The notes under the pieces are model-generated. The model was not told where the DNA came from, ran no database searches, and was given only the letters and a program-made list of their open reading frames with translations. A stretch of 64,000 nt of DNA from IMG/VR virus record IMGVR_UViG_3300005529_000001, positions 186,001 through 250,000 of that record, one strand, 5' to 3'. Shown piece after piece: positions 18,991 through 28,414 of the stretch (positions are counted from its first letter, which is position 1; every line of letters begins with the position of its first letter). The position numbers and the translations under genes are program-made.

Positions 18991-19795
18991 GGTTTGAAAC
19001 TACCCACTGGCCATCACCAAGTTCACGTAAATGCTTCAACCTGTGAAGCATCTGTTCGAAGATCTCTTCGTCCTTTTCGATGACAACGAATCTGCGACCG
19101 AGTTTACGAGCAGCAAGCGCTGTCGTCCCCGCACCCGCAAACGGGTCAACGACCCACTCACCCGGTTGGGTGTGGACTTCAATGGGAACCTCGATGACAC
19201 GTTGGGCTTTCTGAGCATCATGGACCTTCCCGCGCATCACCTCGGTCACGTCAGTCCAGACATTGGTTCGCCTGTAGTGCTCGCTCTTTGCTGGGTATTT
19301 CGCGTTGTACCCAGCGTAACCCCGCTTCTCCTCGAGAAGCGGGATGTTGAAGCACCTGGGTTTCTTGATGTCAAGCCCATTGATGAAGTAAGCACACTCT
19401 TCTCGGGTGAAAAGGTAGTTGTGCTTGACACCATAAGCACGTTTCTTTTTCCACGTGATCAAGTTTGCTAGACGAAGCGATGTCTCTTCTTCGACCCTGA
19501 CAAGGTAGCGGAAGAACGGACGAAACTCGGGCGTGCCGATGCCGCCCCAGACATAGAATGCAGCGTTCGGAAGCAACACCCGTTGCCATTGTGACGTCCA
19601 GTACATCATCCAATGGACGAACCTTGTGTCGGGTTCCATGTACTTGTCCCAATATGCGGGCAAGATGTTTCCATAAGGAGGATCAGCAACGATCAGTGGC
19701 ACATCACCAGTGAGCAAACGAATTTGGAGGGGAGTGTCAGCTTGTGCTGAGTCAGCACAGATCGCGTATCCCCCGTCAACTTTTTCGATCCTCAC
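18905..19795 (-). CDS. DNA methyltransferase, beta class
   Basis: DPPY, DPFAGAGTT; start at GTG 19795 (GTGA overlap), not the ORF-track start. Confidence 0.88.
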   Translation of the reverse strand: MRIEKVDGGYAICADSAQADTPLQIRLLTGDVPLIVADPPYGNILPAYWDKYMEPDTRFVHWMMYWTSQWQRVLLPNAAFYVWGGIGTPEFRPFFRYLVRVEEETSLRLANLITWKKKRAYGVKHNYLFTREECAYFINGLDIKKPRCFNIPLLEEKRGYAGYNAKYPAKSEHYRRTNVWTDVTEVMRGKVHDAQKAQRVIEVPIEVHTQPGEWVVDPFAGAGTTALAARKLGRRFVVIEKDEEIFEQMLHRLKHLRELGDGQWVVSNHAQEHVEVTDGTARLQEDTACYGTETSS

Positions 19796-20619
19796 GCCAC
19801 CTCTACCAGACCCGCCAAACCAGGATGCCCGTACTCGGCTCCACCGACCATCACCCTGAGGTTCGGCAAGATCTTTCCTTCGTACTTGCCGTGTGTGTGC
19901 CCTGCGAGCACGGTAAAAGTGACAGCCGGGTACGCTCTTGCAGCGTCCATCAGCATGTCTCCCATCATCTTGCTGGTGAACCACGGCATCACATGGGGTT
20001 CACCTGGCCTGCCCTCATGGACGTGAGCTTGCGCAAACGGCGGGTAGTGAGTCAGGATGACCAGGTTCTTGTGGTAACGGACCGCCTGTTTGATGCTGTT
20101 CTGTACGTAAGTCACACCTTCGTGTGCATATTTCCGTGCCAGAGACGCGATCGTGGCTTTGCTCCCGTTGACCTCAATGAAGTCATGGATAGCATGCCAA
20201 TCCAGCATGTCAAACGAGCTGTTCTGCCAGTCGCCGTAGAGCGCATCGTACCAGCCATCATGGCCCAGGACCGCCGTTTGGCCCGACAGACCGGGACCGT
20301 TCAACGCGACGTACGGGACTGTCGGCAAGTACCGCAAAAACGGGCTAGCGTTGGTGAGGTCTTTCATCAACCGCCGGACTTCTTCGACTCGAGCACCATA
20401 GTAGTCATGGTTCCCCAACACGAAGTAGATCGGTCGCTTGCAGATCTGTTCAAGAGCGCCCAAGTGATATGCCAGCAGCTTTGCCACCGACAAATCACCG
20501 GTCAGGAAGACCCCCGTCGGGGCCTGTTGGACCAGTGACTCACCAAACTGGATGATGCGTTGCCTGTCGTCCCCGAGATGATCGAGGTGAATGTCTGTTG
20601 CCCATGCGAACTTCGCCAT
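19792..20619 (-). CDS. Calcineurin-like metallophosphoesterase
   Basis: DIH, GD, GNHD, THY, GHTH motifs. Confidence 0.9.
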   Translation of the reverse strand: MAKFAWATDIHLDHLGDDRQRIIQFGESLVQQAPTGVFLTGDLSVAKLLAYHLGALEQICKRPIYFVLGNHDYYGARVEEVRRLMKDLTNASPFLRYLPTVPYVALNGPGLSGQTAVLGHDGWYDALYGDWQNSSFDMLDWHAIHDFIEVNGSKATIASLARKYAHEGVTYVQNSIKQAVRYHKNLVILTHYPPFAQAHVHEGRPGEPHVMPWFTSKMMGDMLMDAARAYPAVTFTVLAGHTHGKYEGKILPNLRVMVGGAEYGHPGLAGLVEVA

Positions 20620-20651
20620 GCAATGATCTTACTGCACGGGCGTTACTCTGT

Positions 20652-21305
20652 TCAGTCACGGAGATCCGAACGATTCTCGAATGTTGGATCGTAAACTTTT
20701 TTGATGAATGCCAACAAGTCGTCCTCGTTAGCGACGTGGAACTTCTTGCAATTCCACTTCACATTTTCGGGTTTAATGTCGATCTTGTCGACGCTCTCTC
20801 CCAACAAGACGTTGTAGTCGGCTTGGTCGCAAATCCGTTCACGGAGGTGGGGGCGCAGCCTCACCGCGTCCATATAGACTTCACGGTAATGGATCGCATC
20901 GTGCAATGCGCACCGAGCAAAGAAATCGGGCGGGGCTTCGTCACTAAATTCAGCAAGCATCGCAACCAGCTTACTTGACGGGTGACAGTAGATTTTTTCT
21001 CCGCCATCGAGGCGGCGCTGGCGGTCCTTGAGCCACATCCACTTCCGTTGGACCAAGTCGGGATCGGCGAGCTTGCAATAGACCCTGACGTACCAAAACT
21101 TTTCCTTGTACTGATCGACAGAGATCGTAGACGTCCACGGGTTACCCTGCCCGTTGATCGTTGGGTACGGGTGTTGGAGCCGTGCACCAATGAACTCTGC
21201 GATGGGTCCGATCAACTCGAAGTTCTCTTTGGCTTCTTTGCACTCGTTGGTTTCGTGCCCACGCTCAAAACACCGACGGCAAACGGGTACTTGGAACTCA
21301 TTCAT
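20652..21305 (-). CDS. Hypothetical protein with N-terminal CCHC zinc knuckle
   Basis: CRRCFERGHETNEC = C-x2-C-x4-H-x4-C. Confidence 0.65.
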   Translation of the reverse strand: MNEFQVPVCRRCFERGHETNECKEAKENFELIGPIAEFIGARLQHPYPTINGQGNPWTSTISVDQYKEKFWYVRVYCKLADPDLVQRKWMWLKDRQRRLDGGEKIYCHPSSKLVAMLAEFSDEAPPDFFARCALHDAIHYREVYMDAVRLRPHLRERICDQADYNVLLGESVDKIDIKPENVKWNCKKFHVANEDDLLAFIKKVYDPTFENRSDLRD

Positions 21306-21306
21306 G

Positions 21307-22032
21307 TCAGAAATCCTGGATTGGTTGAGGGGTCCCGTTATTGGGATCGCTACCATCGCTCAGGGGCGTCGTTGACGGGCTCGCGCACTCGGCAAACTGA
21401 GGGATCTGCCATGGTTCAGCACAACCCGTTGAAAACCTGATGAGGACATCCTTGTAGAGGTAAAAGTTCGGGCACGTGATCAGCTTGTTTGGGCACGCGA
21501 TCCCGGCACGCCACCGGCACGGGCACTGGGCAGTGGGAAGCTCTCCCTTGTTCCAACACCCGACGTTTCCAGACTCGACCGGTTTTGGCAACACCTGCTG
21601 CGTTCCATCGCAATTCAACACCCAGTCACCTGCAATTTTGACAACAAAAGACTTCTTGTCGATGGGCAAGTTAATGTGCGTGCCCTTCTCACAGTATGAG
21701 ACTTGAGCAAACCCATCTGGGATGACTCCATCTGGGAAGTTTTTTGCCAAGCACGCTTGGACTTCGTTCGTCAGACGATCGATTAGCTCTCCGGAGATGT
21801 TCTGTCCTGAGGGATCAAATGGGGTCCCCTCGGGAGTCACCATCGTCGGATTGACGTCATACCTGTCAAATTCATGTTGAGTGTAACCCAACCACACCTC
21901 GTTGCAAGAACCCGCATCGCTCGATGCTATGTCACCGCTGCTGCAACTGGTCACGGCTGTTCCCGTTGACCCGTAAAGAACGGTCACGAACAACACGGAA
22001 AGACCACCGACAATCCAGTTCTTTAGCTTCAT
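21307..22032 (-). CDS. Cys-rich exported protein
   Basis: Signal-like N-term MKLKNWIVGGLSVLFVTVLY; many Cys. Confidence 0.7.
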   Translation of the reverse strand: MKLKNWIVGGLSVLFVTVLYGSTGTAVTSCSSGDIASSDAGSCNEVWLGYTQHEFDRYDVNPTMVTPEGTPFDPSGQNISGELIDRLTNEVQACLAKNFPDGVIPDGFAQVSYCEKGTHINLPIDKKSFVVKIAGDWVLNCDGTQQVLPKPVESGNVGCWNKGELPTAQCPCRWRAGIACPNKLITCPNFYLYKDVLIRFSTGCAEPWQIPQFAECASPSTTPLSDGSDPNNGTPQPIQDF

Positions 22033-22832
22033 CCGAACATTGTATCATACGCGCCATCGATCAAGCGGTTCGGGACGATAGGCCTGTTGAGCCAGTGTTC
22101 CTCTTGGTCCATGATCGAGTTCGTAAATGAACTACGGACAAACTTGTAACGACCCAGGACATGGTCAGCGTCCTCCCACTTGATGTAAAGGCCCTCCATC
22201 AGTTCGCTGTGGTCGGTGTGACCCCACGCCTCAGCAGCTACGACTCCAGCTGCTTCGCATGCGTTGTTGAAGTTGAGGATACGTTCCGTAGTGACAAAAT
22301 GGCTACGATGGATGTAATCGCTGAGATCTTTCAGGTGTTCAAACTCACCCACGCCTAGAACCTTGACGGGATACGCAACGTCGCTAGCAAAACGAAGCAG
22401 CTTGTCACGGGCTGGCGTAGACAGGAACTTGTCGGTCTCGGTGTCCAGGACGTCGAACTCCATGAAGTAGTGGGGCAGCGCATCGTAGAACATGGTGTGT
22501 TTGGCATACATCCACTCGCCATACATGATGTAACGAGTGCCCAACAGCTGGCGTAACTCGCTCTGACGAGCGTTGGCCCACGTCTTTAGCAGGTCGAAGT
22601 GCTTTTCACGAGGTCCACCACGTAGGTAGTGCCCGCGTGACTGGATCAGTAGTTTGCCATCTTCATCGAAGCTGATGCCTGCATTGGCACCGTCCATTTT
22701 CTCTTCGAGAACGAGACGCACGCCACGAAGATCGTCCCAAGGAACAGCTTCAAGATCATGATCTCCGTGTTGGAATCGTGATCCTCTTACATGTGCTGTC
22801 CGCGGATACTTTCGCATCTCAGGAGAGATCAC
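22029..22832 (-). CDS. ATP-dependent RNA ligase family protein (Rnl2-like adenylation domain)
   Basis: KYPRT, EEKMDGAN (motif I KxDG), YGEW, EFDV, EGLYIK, YKFV. Confidence 0.88.
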   Translation of the reverse strand: MISPEMRKYPRTAHVRGSRFQHGDHDLEAVPWDDLRGVRLVLEEKMDGANAGISFDEDGKLLIQSRGHYLRGGPREKHFDLLKTWANARQSELRQLLGTRYIMYGEWMYAKHTMFYDALPHYFMEFDVLDTETDKFLSTPARDKLLRFASDVAYPVKVLGVGEFEHLKDLSDYIHRSHFVTTERILNFNNACEAAGVVAAEAWGHTDHSELMEGLYIKWEDADHVLGRYKFVRSSFTNSIMDQEEHWLNRPIVPNRLIDGAYDTMFG

Positions 22833-23673
22833 TTTTCCTCTCCTCCAAGATCTGGTCGATCGTCTTCTTCTGATCGCGCCAGTCAGCGAACTCAGCCGCT
22901 GTCATGCCCACCCACTCGTGAACCGAGACGTTCTGGTCAGCCCCAACACGATGTCGCCAATCATGCAGGTCATCTAGAATCTCTCCGGGTTCAGCACAAC
23001 CCGAAGCGTAACGAAGCATGAAGGGACCCTCGCAGATGTTGTCTTTGCGGTTCTGAAACAACATGTCAATCCTCTCTTTGCGGATCTTCGCTTCATATTC
23101 AGCTGCCCGCATGAGGTTATGACTGTTCTCTTGACCCTTCTTGTGTGAACGTAGTCCGCGCCATAGGAACTTGCGAGTTTGGCTGTCAAGTTGCAGTGCC
23201 AGCTTGACAAAAATGAACCAACTGTCAATGTCGAGGGGCGTCAACACTCTGATGCTGAAACGGATCAGGTTGGTCGTGATCCAGAGGGGGCATGTCATGA
23301 TAATCATGGGCAGACCGAAGATGGCGATGCCGATCCCGGCTGAACCCATGTACTCGTCACCCATCATGTCGCCCCATTCAGCGACACCAACGGTGCCCTC
23401 TTCAGCATCAATGGCGATGCTCCAACTCTGGCCTTTGCCATTGACACCCCTGATGATGACCATCGCGGGGGTCTCCAACATCTCAGGTTCCTGAAGGTCG
23501 TGACCATGCCAGTACTTGCCCCACTCATCGGGGTGTTTCCCTCGAGCCCTATAAGTGACATCAGTGACCCGGAGACTGCCAAAGTAAGGCAGGTTCAACG
23601 CCTTGATGGGAGCAATGACGTTGCTCATCAAGAGAGCACCAACCCACGTGTCCAGCAATGAACTAAGCATCAC
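22819..23673 (-). CDS. Hypothetical protein with a central hydrophobic segment
   Basis: 284 aa ORF coupled to neighbours. Confidence 0.6.
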   Translation of the reverse strand: MMLSSLLDTWVGALLMSNVIAPIKALNLPYFGSLRVTDVTYRARGKHPDEWGKYWHGHDLQEPEMLETPAMVIIRGVNGKGQSWSIAIDAEEGTVGVAEWGDMMGDEYMGSAGIGIAIFGLPMIIMTCPLWITTNLIRFSIRVLTPLDIDSWFIFVKLALQLDSQTRKFLWRGLRSHKKGQENSHNLMRAAEYEAKIRKERIDMLFQNRKDNICEGPFMLRYASGCAEPGEILDDLHDWRHRVGADQNVSVHEWVGMTAAEFADWRDQKKTIDQILEERKSDLS

Positions 23674-23981
23674 TCCACCTCCGTCTCGACGTCGACCTTG
23701 ACCGTCGCTTTACCCAAGCTATTGACATGATAGAAGACGAAGTTGGCACCAAATCGTGCAGCATCATCGACAAACATCTCAAGATCGCTCTTCTTGGTGA
23801 AAACAAAGACCCTGACTTCGTCAACGGCATAGGAAGTGCCGCTATCGTGACGGTCGTAAGGGGGTGAGTACTCGTTACGTTGAGTGAAGAGCAGCACTTG
23901 GAAGTGAGGTCCCACGGGCATCTTGTCACGCTTTTTCAGCTCGAAGCTGAGCCAACGATACGTACTGAATTCTTTGTTCAC
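23670..23981 (-). CDS. Hypothetical protein
   Basis: GTGA-coupled 103 aa ORF. Confidence 0.6.
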   Translation of the reverse strand: MNKEFSTYRWLSFELKKRDKMPVGPHFQVLLFTQRNEYSPPYDRHDSGTSYAVDEVRVFVFTKKSDLEMFVDDAARFGANFVFYHVNSLGKATVKVDVETEVE

Positions 23982-24325
23982 CGATCTCTCCTCCCCTTCT
24001 GGCTGTTACGAAGCTGCTTCGCCTTTCGAAGCTGGATCGATTCCTGCTTGTTTGGAATGTGCTCTCGCGTTGCGAGCTCGTTTTTCAGCTCAGCGATGGT
24101 GACCTGCACGTCGACGTAATCGTCATAACCGAACGCTCGTGGCTGCACGTAAGCTTGCTCGTAGTACTTCTCTTTCGACGTGTAGGCATCGATGGGAGGC
24201 AACATGAACATGGCTCGGTCAAAGTTGATCTTGATGAGTTGTTGGTCAAACGCACACGAATACCGCAGGGCCTTCAACAGGACCCGGGTGTGCATGCGCT
24301 TCAGATCTTTGGCGGTGATGCTCAC
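23978..24325 (-). CDS. Hypothetical protein
   Basis: GTGA-coupled 115 aa ORF. Confidence 0.6.
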   Translation of the reverse strand: MSITAKDLKRMHTRVLLKALRYSCAFDQQLIKINFDRAMFMLPPIDAYTSKEKYYEQAYVQPRAFGYDDYVDVQVTIAELKNELATREHIPNKQESIQLRKAKQLRNSQKGRRDR

Positions 24326-24618
24326 TTACACTCGCAGATGGCGGGCTTGGAGCCCCAGACCGAAGTGTCGCTGTATGCGCACTCCTTGACTCCTGCATCA
24401 GCACACTTCTCAGCGCAAGTGATGCAGAAGCACTCTGACTCAAACTTACAACGTCCAGGTTCCTCCGGAGGCGTCTTGACACGACACGAGTGCATCCAAT
24501 TGTCGCACTCGAGGTTCGGGCTGTTGCAGGTGCCATCCTTGTTGCAAGCGCCACCGAAGTCACCGGGATGGTTTTGACAACCAACCAGGAATGCTAACAA
24601 GAACAAGATCTTTTTCAT
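24322..24618 (-). CDS. Small Cys-rich lipoprotein
   Basis: MKKILFLLAFLVGC lipobox, 12 further Cys in 98 aa. Confidence 0.75.
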   Translation of the reverse strand: MKKILFLLAFLVGCQNHPGDFGGACNKDGTCNSPNLECDNWMHSCRVKTPPEEPGRCKFESECFCITCAEKCADAGVKECAYSDTSVWGSKPAICECK

Positions 24619-25610
24619 CAGAAGTTCCCTGGGGCGACTTGGAACGTGTGAAAGCCCATCTCACGCCAGTTGTCAACGACCTGGTTCCGGTCGTCCAAGA
24701 TGAAGAGGATGTTCCACTTCCCCTTGATCTCGTTGTCGTACATCTCACGCTTGATGACGGCGTCCTTGCGCTGGTCACCCGTCTTGCGCATGTGCAGCTC
24801 GTACGGGATTCCAGGCAGGTGCTCCGCCAGGAACCGCTCGGTCGGCTCGCGGTACTTCTCCTGGCGACCCGACGTGAACAGAATCTTGATCGTCTTGGGA
24901 TCCCGGTTTTCCTTGACTGCACGGGCGCACAGGTACACGTACATCCCCTTGATGCACTCGATGACAGGCGTGTTGGGCGGGTCCTGGTCGCAGTTGGTCG
25001 CGTCGTACGGGTCACGGCCGTTCAGCAACGAGGCAGTACCGTCCAGGTCGCTGTCGATGGTCGTCGGCAACGCCGGGTCGAACTCGTAAGCCATCCCGTT
25101 GTCGCCGCCCTGGCCGGGAGCCCAACGGGGCGGGTAGTACGCTTCCTTGTCGGACAGCTTGCGGCCCTTGTCCAGGCCAGCACCACGGGCCATGTCCTTG
25201 ATGACCTTCTCACCAACGTGGGCAAAGCCCTCTCGCTTCGAGTCACGCTCGATGCAAGTGGCGACGCTCTCGTTGATGCCGACCTCGATGACCTTGATGT
25301 CACCGATCGACTTGGCGAGGTCATGCATGCTCCTGACGGTCTTGGGAACCAGGTGGGTGTCATCCAAGATGACATCAAAGCCCTCCCGGATCGCCTGGCG
25401 AACCAGCTCAGCCTTGAAATTGCGGACCAGGTCTTCCCGCTCGTTGCGGTTGCCGCTGTACGGGTTGTTGCCCGGTCCCACGCACATGCCCCGCAGGTCG
25501 TCACGGTTGATCCGGACCCAACGGGTCGGCTCCTTCTTGATGACCTCGGCAGCCTTGCGTGACTTGCCGCTTCCCGGCAAGCCCTTCATGATCATGATCG
25601 TTCGCATCAA
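24618..25610 (-). CDS. pseT: Polynucleotide 5'-kinase/3'-phosphatase (T4 PseT-like)
   Basis: GLPGSGKS, RINRDDLR kinase; DLDGT and DDR HAD phosphatase; VAPGNF end. Confidence 0.92.
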   Translation of the reverse strand: MMRTIMIMKGLPGSGKSRKAAEVIKKEPTRWVRINRDDLRGMCVGPGNNPYSGNRNEREDLVRNFKAELVRQAIREGFDVILDDTHLVPKTVRSMHDLAKSIGDIKVIEVGINESVATCIERDSKREGFAHVGEKVIKDMARGAGLDKGRKLSDKEAYYPPRWAPGQGGDNGMAYEFDPALPTTIDSDLDGTASLLNGRDPYDATNCDQDPPNTPVIECIKGMYVYLCARAVKENRDPKTIKILFTSGRQEKYREPTERFLAEHLPGIPYELHMRKTGDQRKDAVIKREMYDNEIKGKWNILFILDDRNQVVDNWREMGFHTFQVAPGNF

Positions 25611-26029
25611 CCTCTCCTAAGTTTTTCCAACCTTCGTTGCGCCGCAGCTAAGTCAGCCTCGGCTTGCTTCACGCGGTCTGCTTTGAGAGCAGCCTGACGC
25701 TCAGCCTCCTTGCGTTCTTTCGTAGCCTTGGCCTCCGCGACACGAGCTCGCTGGTCAACGACATGAACCTCCGTGACATGGAACTCGATGAGTTCGGGTA
25801 CCATGCCCGGCGTTGACAATGCGGTGATCCTACTCTTTGCTGAACCAAGCTTGATCCAGAGCCTGGCATCTTCAAGTTTCTCTTCCCACCCGGCCCGGAC
25901 GTTTTTCGAGTAGGTCTTGTAATACTTGTTCGACACCGGGTGGCGAATCGCGTAAAAAGTCGCTAGTGGTTTCGGCGACTCCGTCTGGTTCCAGAGCCTA
26001 GAGTGCACGTTGCCGGGGTCGACGTCCAT
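25607..26029 (-). CDS. Hypothetical protein
   Basis: 140 aa ORF with C-terminal coiled coil. Confidence 0.6.
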   Translation of the reverse strand: MDVDPGNVHSRLWNQTESPKPLATFYAIRHPVSNKYYKTYSKNVRAGWEEKLEDARLWIKLGSAKSRITALSTPGMVPELIEFHVTEVHVVDQRARVAEAKATKERKEAERQAALKADRVKQAEADLAAAQRRLEKLRRG

Positions 26030-26066
26030 GCCCGAACCTTAATCCAGACCAGGACGGGTTTTTCAC

Positions 26067-26576
26067 TCACTCGGGCAAAGCTGCCGACCCAAACACACGG
26101 TCCCAGACGAATGAAATGATGCCGTAGTTGACAGTCATGTCATGATGATGCAAGAAATGAAGCCTTCGCAGCCGCTTGTACCACTTGAAGTGACCCCACG
26201 CGTGTTTCCGGACATGAAAGCTGTCATGGACATAGTCGTTGAAGAGCGCGAAAGCAATGATGCAGATACCAAGCACGCCGACCATCCAATGAGGAGCACC
26301 AAGCACCCAAAGCAGCCCACCGAACACCGCTAGAATAACCAAGAGGGGCGGGGTGAAGAGCAATGGGCCGCTGTGGTACCACTTTGCTGTGCGGTACTTG
26401 TCGCTGGTCAGCTTCCCGACGGGATACAGGTCAAGGTGGTGTTCCATGTGACCCTTGTACGCCGGTCCCGCCCATTTCTGGTGGATGGCCCAATGTACAA
26501 CATGACCAAAGAAGCTGGCGATGACGAAGGAGGCTAGGATGGTGAGCAGCAAGAGCATGGCGCCCCTCCTGATCAT
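26067..26576 (-). CDS. Fatty acid hydroxylase / sterol desaturase superfamily membrane di-iron enzyme
   Basis: His boxes HWAIH, HMEHH, VHDSFH, HFLHHH; NYG...WDRVFG; TM segments. Confidence 0.88.
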   Translation of the reverse strand: MIRRGAMLLLLTILASFVIASFFGHVVHWAIHQKWAGPAYKGHMEHHLDLYPVGKLTSDKYRTAKWYHSGPLLFTPPLLVILAVFGGLLWVLGAPHWMVGVLGICIIAFALFNDYVHDSFHVRKHAWGHFKWYKRLRRLHFLHHHDMTVNYGIISFVWDRVFGSAALPE

Positions 26577-26601
26577 AGGATAGGGGCGCCCACGTCCGTG
26601 T

Positions 26602-27663
26602 TCAGCCGCGCAAGCGCAAATATCTTTCAGTCATGTCCACCAGGAACCGGTCGATCGAGACCCGGTCAGCTTCCCGGCGAAGCGTTGACGTCTGGTAGAG
26701 CTCTTCAGCACGTGTTTCGAGCTTCTCGGCGCCCTCGACCAGGTCATCGTACGAGAGCGACCCACGGCGGATGCCCATCAGGAAGTCACGCTGCTCATCA
26801 AACCACTTGACATGGACCCGGTGCTTCTCGAGGATCTCGATCCCCATCAGCTCCAACCGATACAGGTGCATGCCGTGCTTGGTGTCATACCCGAATTTGG
26901 CTTCGAGCTCGGCCCGCTTGGGGTTACGAGTCTTCAGCCAGTTCTGGTATTGCCCGTAATGGGCCATTGCCGCCTGGTACGCTTTCTCCCTGGTGAAGAG
27001 GGTGACAACGTCCTTTGGCAGCTCGATGCCCAGCTTTTCCTCAGCGGCGAGCTTGATGGCGATGGCTTGTTGCATCGGAGACACGTGCGCGCCGTCATCG
27101 ATGCTGGGCATCCCCAGCAACGAATCGAACGCTCCCAGCTCAGACTTGCTGACCTTGACCTTTTCATTCAGGCCAAACTCCTCGCGAGTGGGGGCGGTCT
27201 TGGGCGGGTCCAGCAACCACTTGCGATGGGTCTTGATCCGGTGCAGCTGCGCATGAGCGTATCCCGAAAAAGTGAACTTCGCTTTCTTGGACAGGAAGTC
27301 ATCGCGGCGTGCACGGAGCTCTTCACCAAACGAATCGATCTTGATGATGTCAGAGTCATCGACGTGGAGAACCTCGATGATGTTGGGGTTGCAGTCAGCA
27401 GCCAGGCTCGCGAACTTCTCGAGCGAGTAGATGACCACGTCAGCGTCCTTGCCCTTGAGGGACTTCAACGCAGCAAGGTTGCCACCCTCCTTGTTTCCCA
27501 TCCGCTCGTACTGCTCGAAACGCTGGGTGAAACCAAAGTACGCTTCCTTGGGCTTGATGCACACCCCCTTGAAATCCTCGTCGGACTCGGGCGTGTTCAG
27601 ACCGTAAGCGTGGCTGCCGTGCCTCACCAACAGGATCGAGCGTTGGTCAACATCGAAATTCAT
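26602..27663 (-). CDS. RlaP/YcgL-like Pol-beta nucleotidyltransferase
   Basis: HGSHAYGLNTPESDEDFKG, CNPNIIEVL, GYAHAQL, YDTKHGMHLYRL. Confidence 0.85.
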   Translation of the reverse strand: MNFDVDQRSILLVRHGSHAYGLNTPESDEDFKGVCIKPKEAYFGFTQRFEQYERMGNKEGGNLAALKSLKGKDADVVIYSLEKFASLAADCNPNIIEVLHVDDSDIIKIDSFGEELRARRDDFLSKKAKFTFSGYAHAQLHRIKTHRKWLLDPPKTAPTREEFGLNEKVKVSKSELGAFDSLLGMPSIDDGAHVSPMQQAIAIKLAAEEKLGIELPKDVVTLFTREKAYQAAMAHYGQYQNWLKTRNPKRAELEAKFGYDTKHGMHLYRLELMGIEILEKHRVHVKWFDEQRDFLMGIRRGSLSYDDLVEGAEKLETRAEELYQTSTLRREADRVSIDRFLVDMTERYLRLRG

Positions 27664-27699
27664 AGCCTGCGGATCCTACTACGACCCAACTATGATGGT

Positions 27700-28389
27700 T
27701 CACAACGGGAGATCGTGGACCGTAACCGCAGCGTTGCTGATGACCGTCTCGCCGATCTTGTCCCATCCCGCAGCATGGTGGATGTGGCCACAAAGGACGG
27801 CTTTCAATGGTTTGATGAAACGTCCGTAGTCCATGGCATTTCTCAACGCCACGGTGCCACAATGTTGTCCCCAGCCATTCACATCGAGAGAACCGAACGG
27901 CGGCGAGTGCGTGACCAGCACGTCAACAGAGCCCTGGTTGCAGCGATCGACCAACGTATCAACCAACTCGAGCATCCTCGGAGCTTCGGTGCTGAAAGCC
28001 CACTCTGGACCGATCCAGGGCACGTACGGGAATCCCGTCCACCTCAACCCGCCAACCTCGACAACGTTGTCAACGAGGTTAAACGCGTTGATACCCATCA
28101 CCTTCAGGTCCGGGACCGGATCGAAGAAGTCATGATTGCCCGGACAGAACAAGAAAGGCAGATCACCGCACAGTTGCTTGATGTCAGCTTCAACGCGGTG
28201 AAGCCACGTCTGTTGGGTGTAGACAGACGCAGGCCTGACACGTGAACTAGCATCGAGACGGACCTGTTCATCCTTGGTCAAGTACCCGTCGGGTCCAAAG
28301 TCTCCCGAACACACGACGATGTCATATCCCGTAACCGGTGAGAGGGCCGGGATGCGACCGTGGTTGTCGGAAAAATGAAGGACACGCAC
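27700..28389 (-). CDS. Metallophosphoesterase
   Basis: SDNHG, SGDF, PGNHD, THSPP, GHIH. Confidence 0.9.
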   Translation of the reverse strand: MRVLHFSDNHGRIPALSPVTGYDIVVCSGDFGPDGYLTKDEQVRLDASSRVRPASVYTQQTWLHRVEADIKQLCGDLPFLFCPGNHDFFDPVPDLKVMGINAFNLVDNVVEVGGLRWTGFPYVPWIGPEWAFSTEAPRMLELVDTLVDRCNQGSVDVLVTHSPPFGSLDVNGWGQHCGTVALRNAMDYGRFIKPLKAVLCGHIHHAAGWDKIGETVISNAAVTVHDLPL

Positions 28390-28414
28390 CTGACCGATCG
28401 TACCGCGAAAACCC

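Noticed and set aside
18905-19984. ORF-track N-terminal extension of the second methyltransferase (and similar extensions of dnaE, recA, helicase, 11546 and 12523 ORFs)
   Set aside because: The extensions overlap upstream genes; downstream starts show ATGA/GTGA coupling, SD or promoter spacing.
26812-28245. Long antisense ORFs (477 aa here; also 24591..25562, 57461..58315, 18088..18969)
   Set aside because: They shadow well-supported minus-strand genes, a typical product of GC-rich codon bias; no motifs or RBS.
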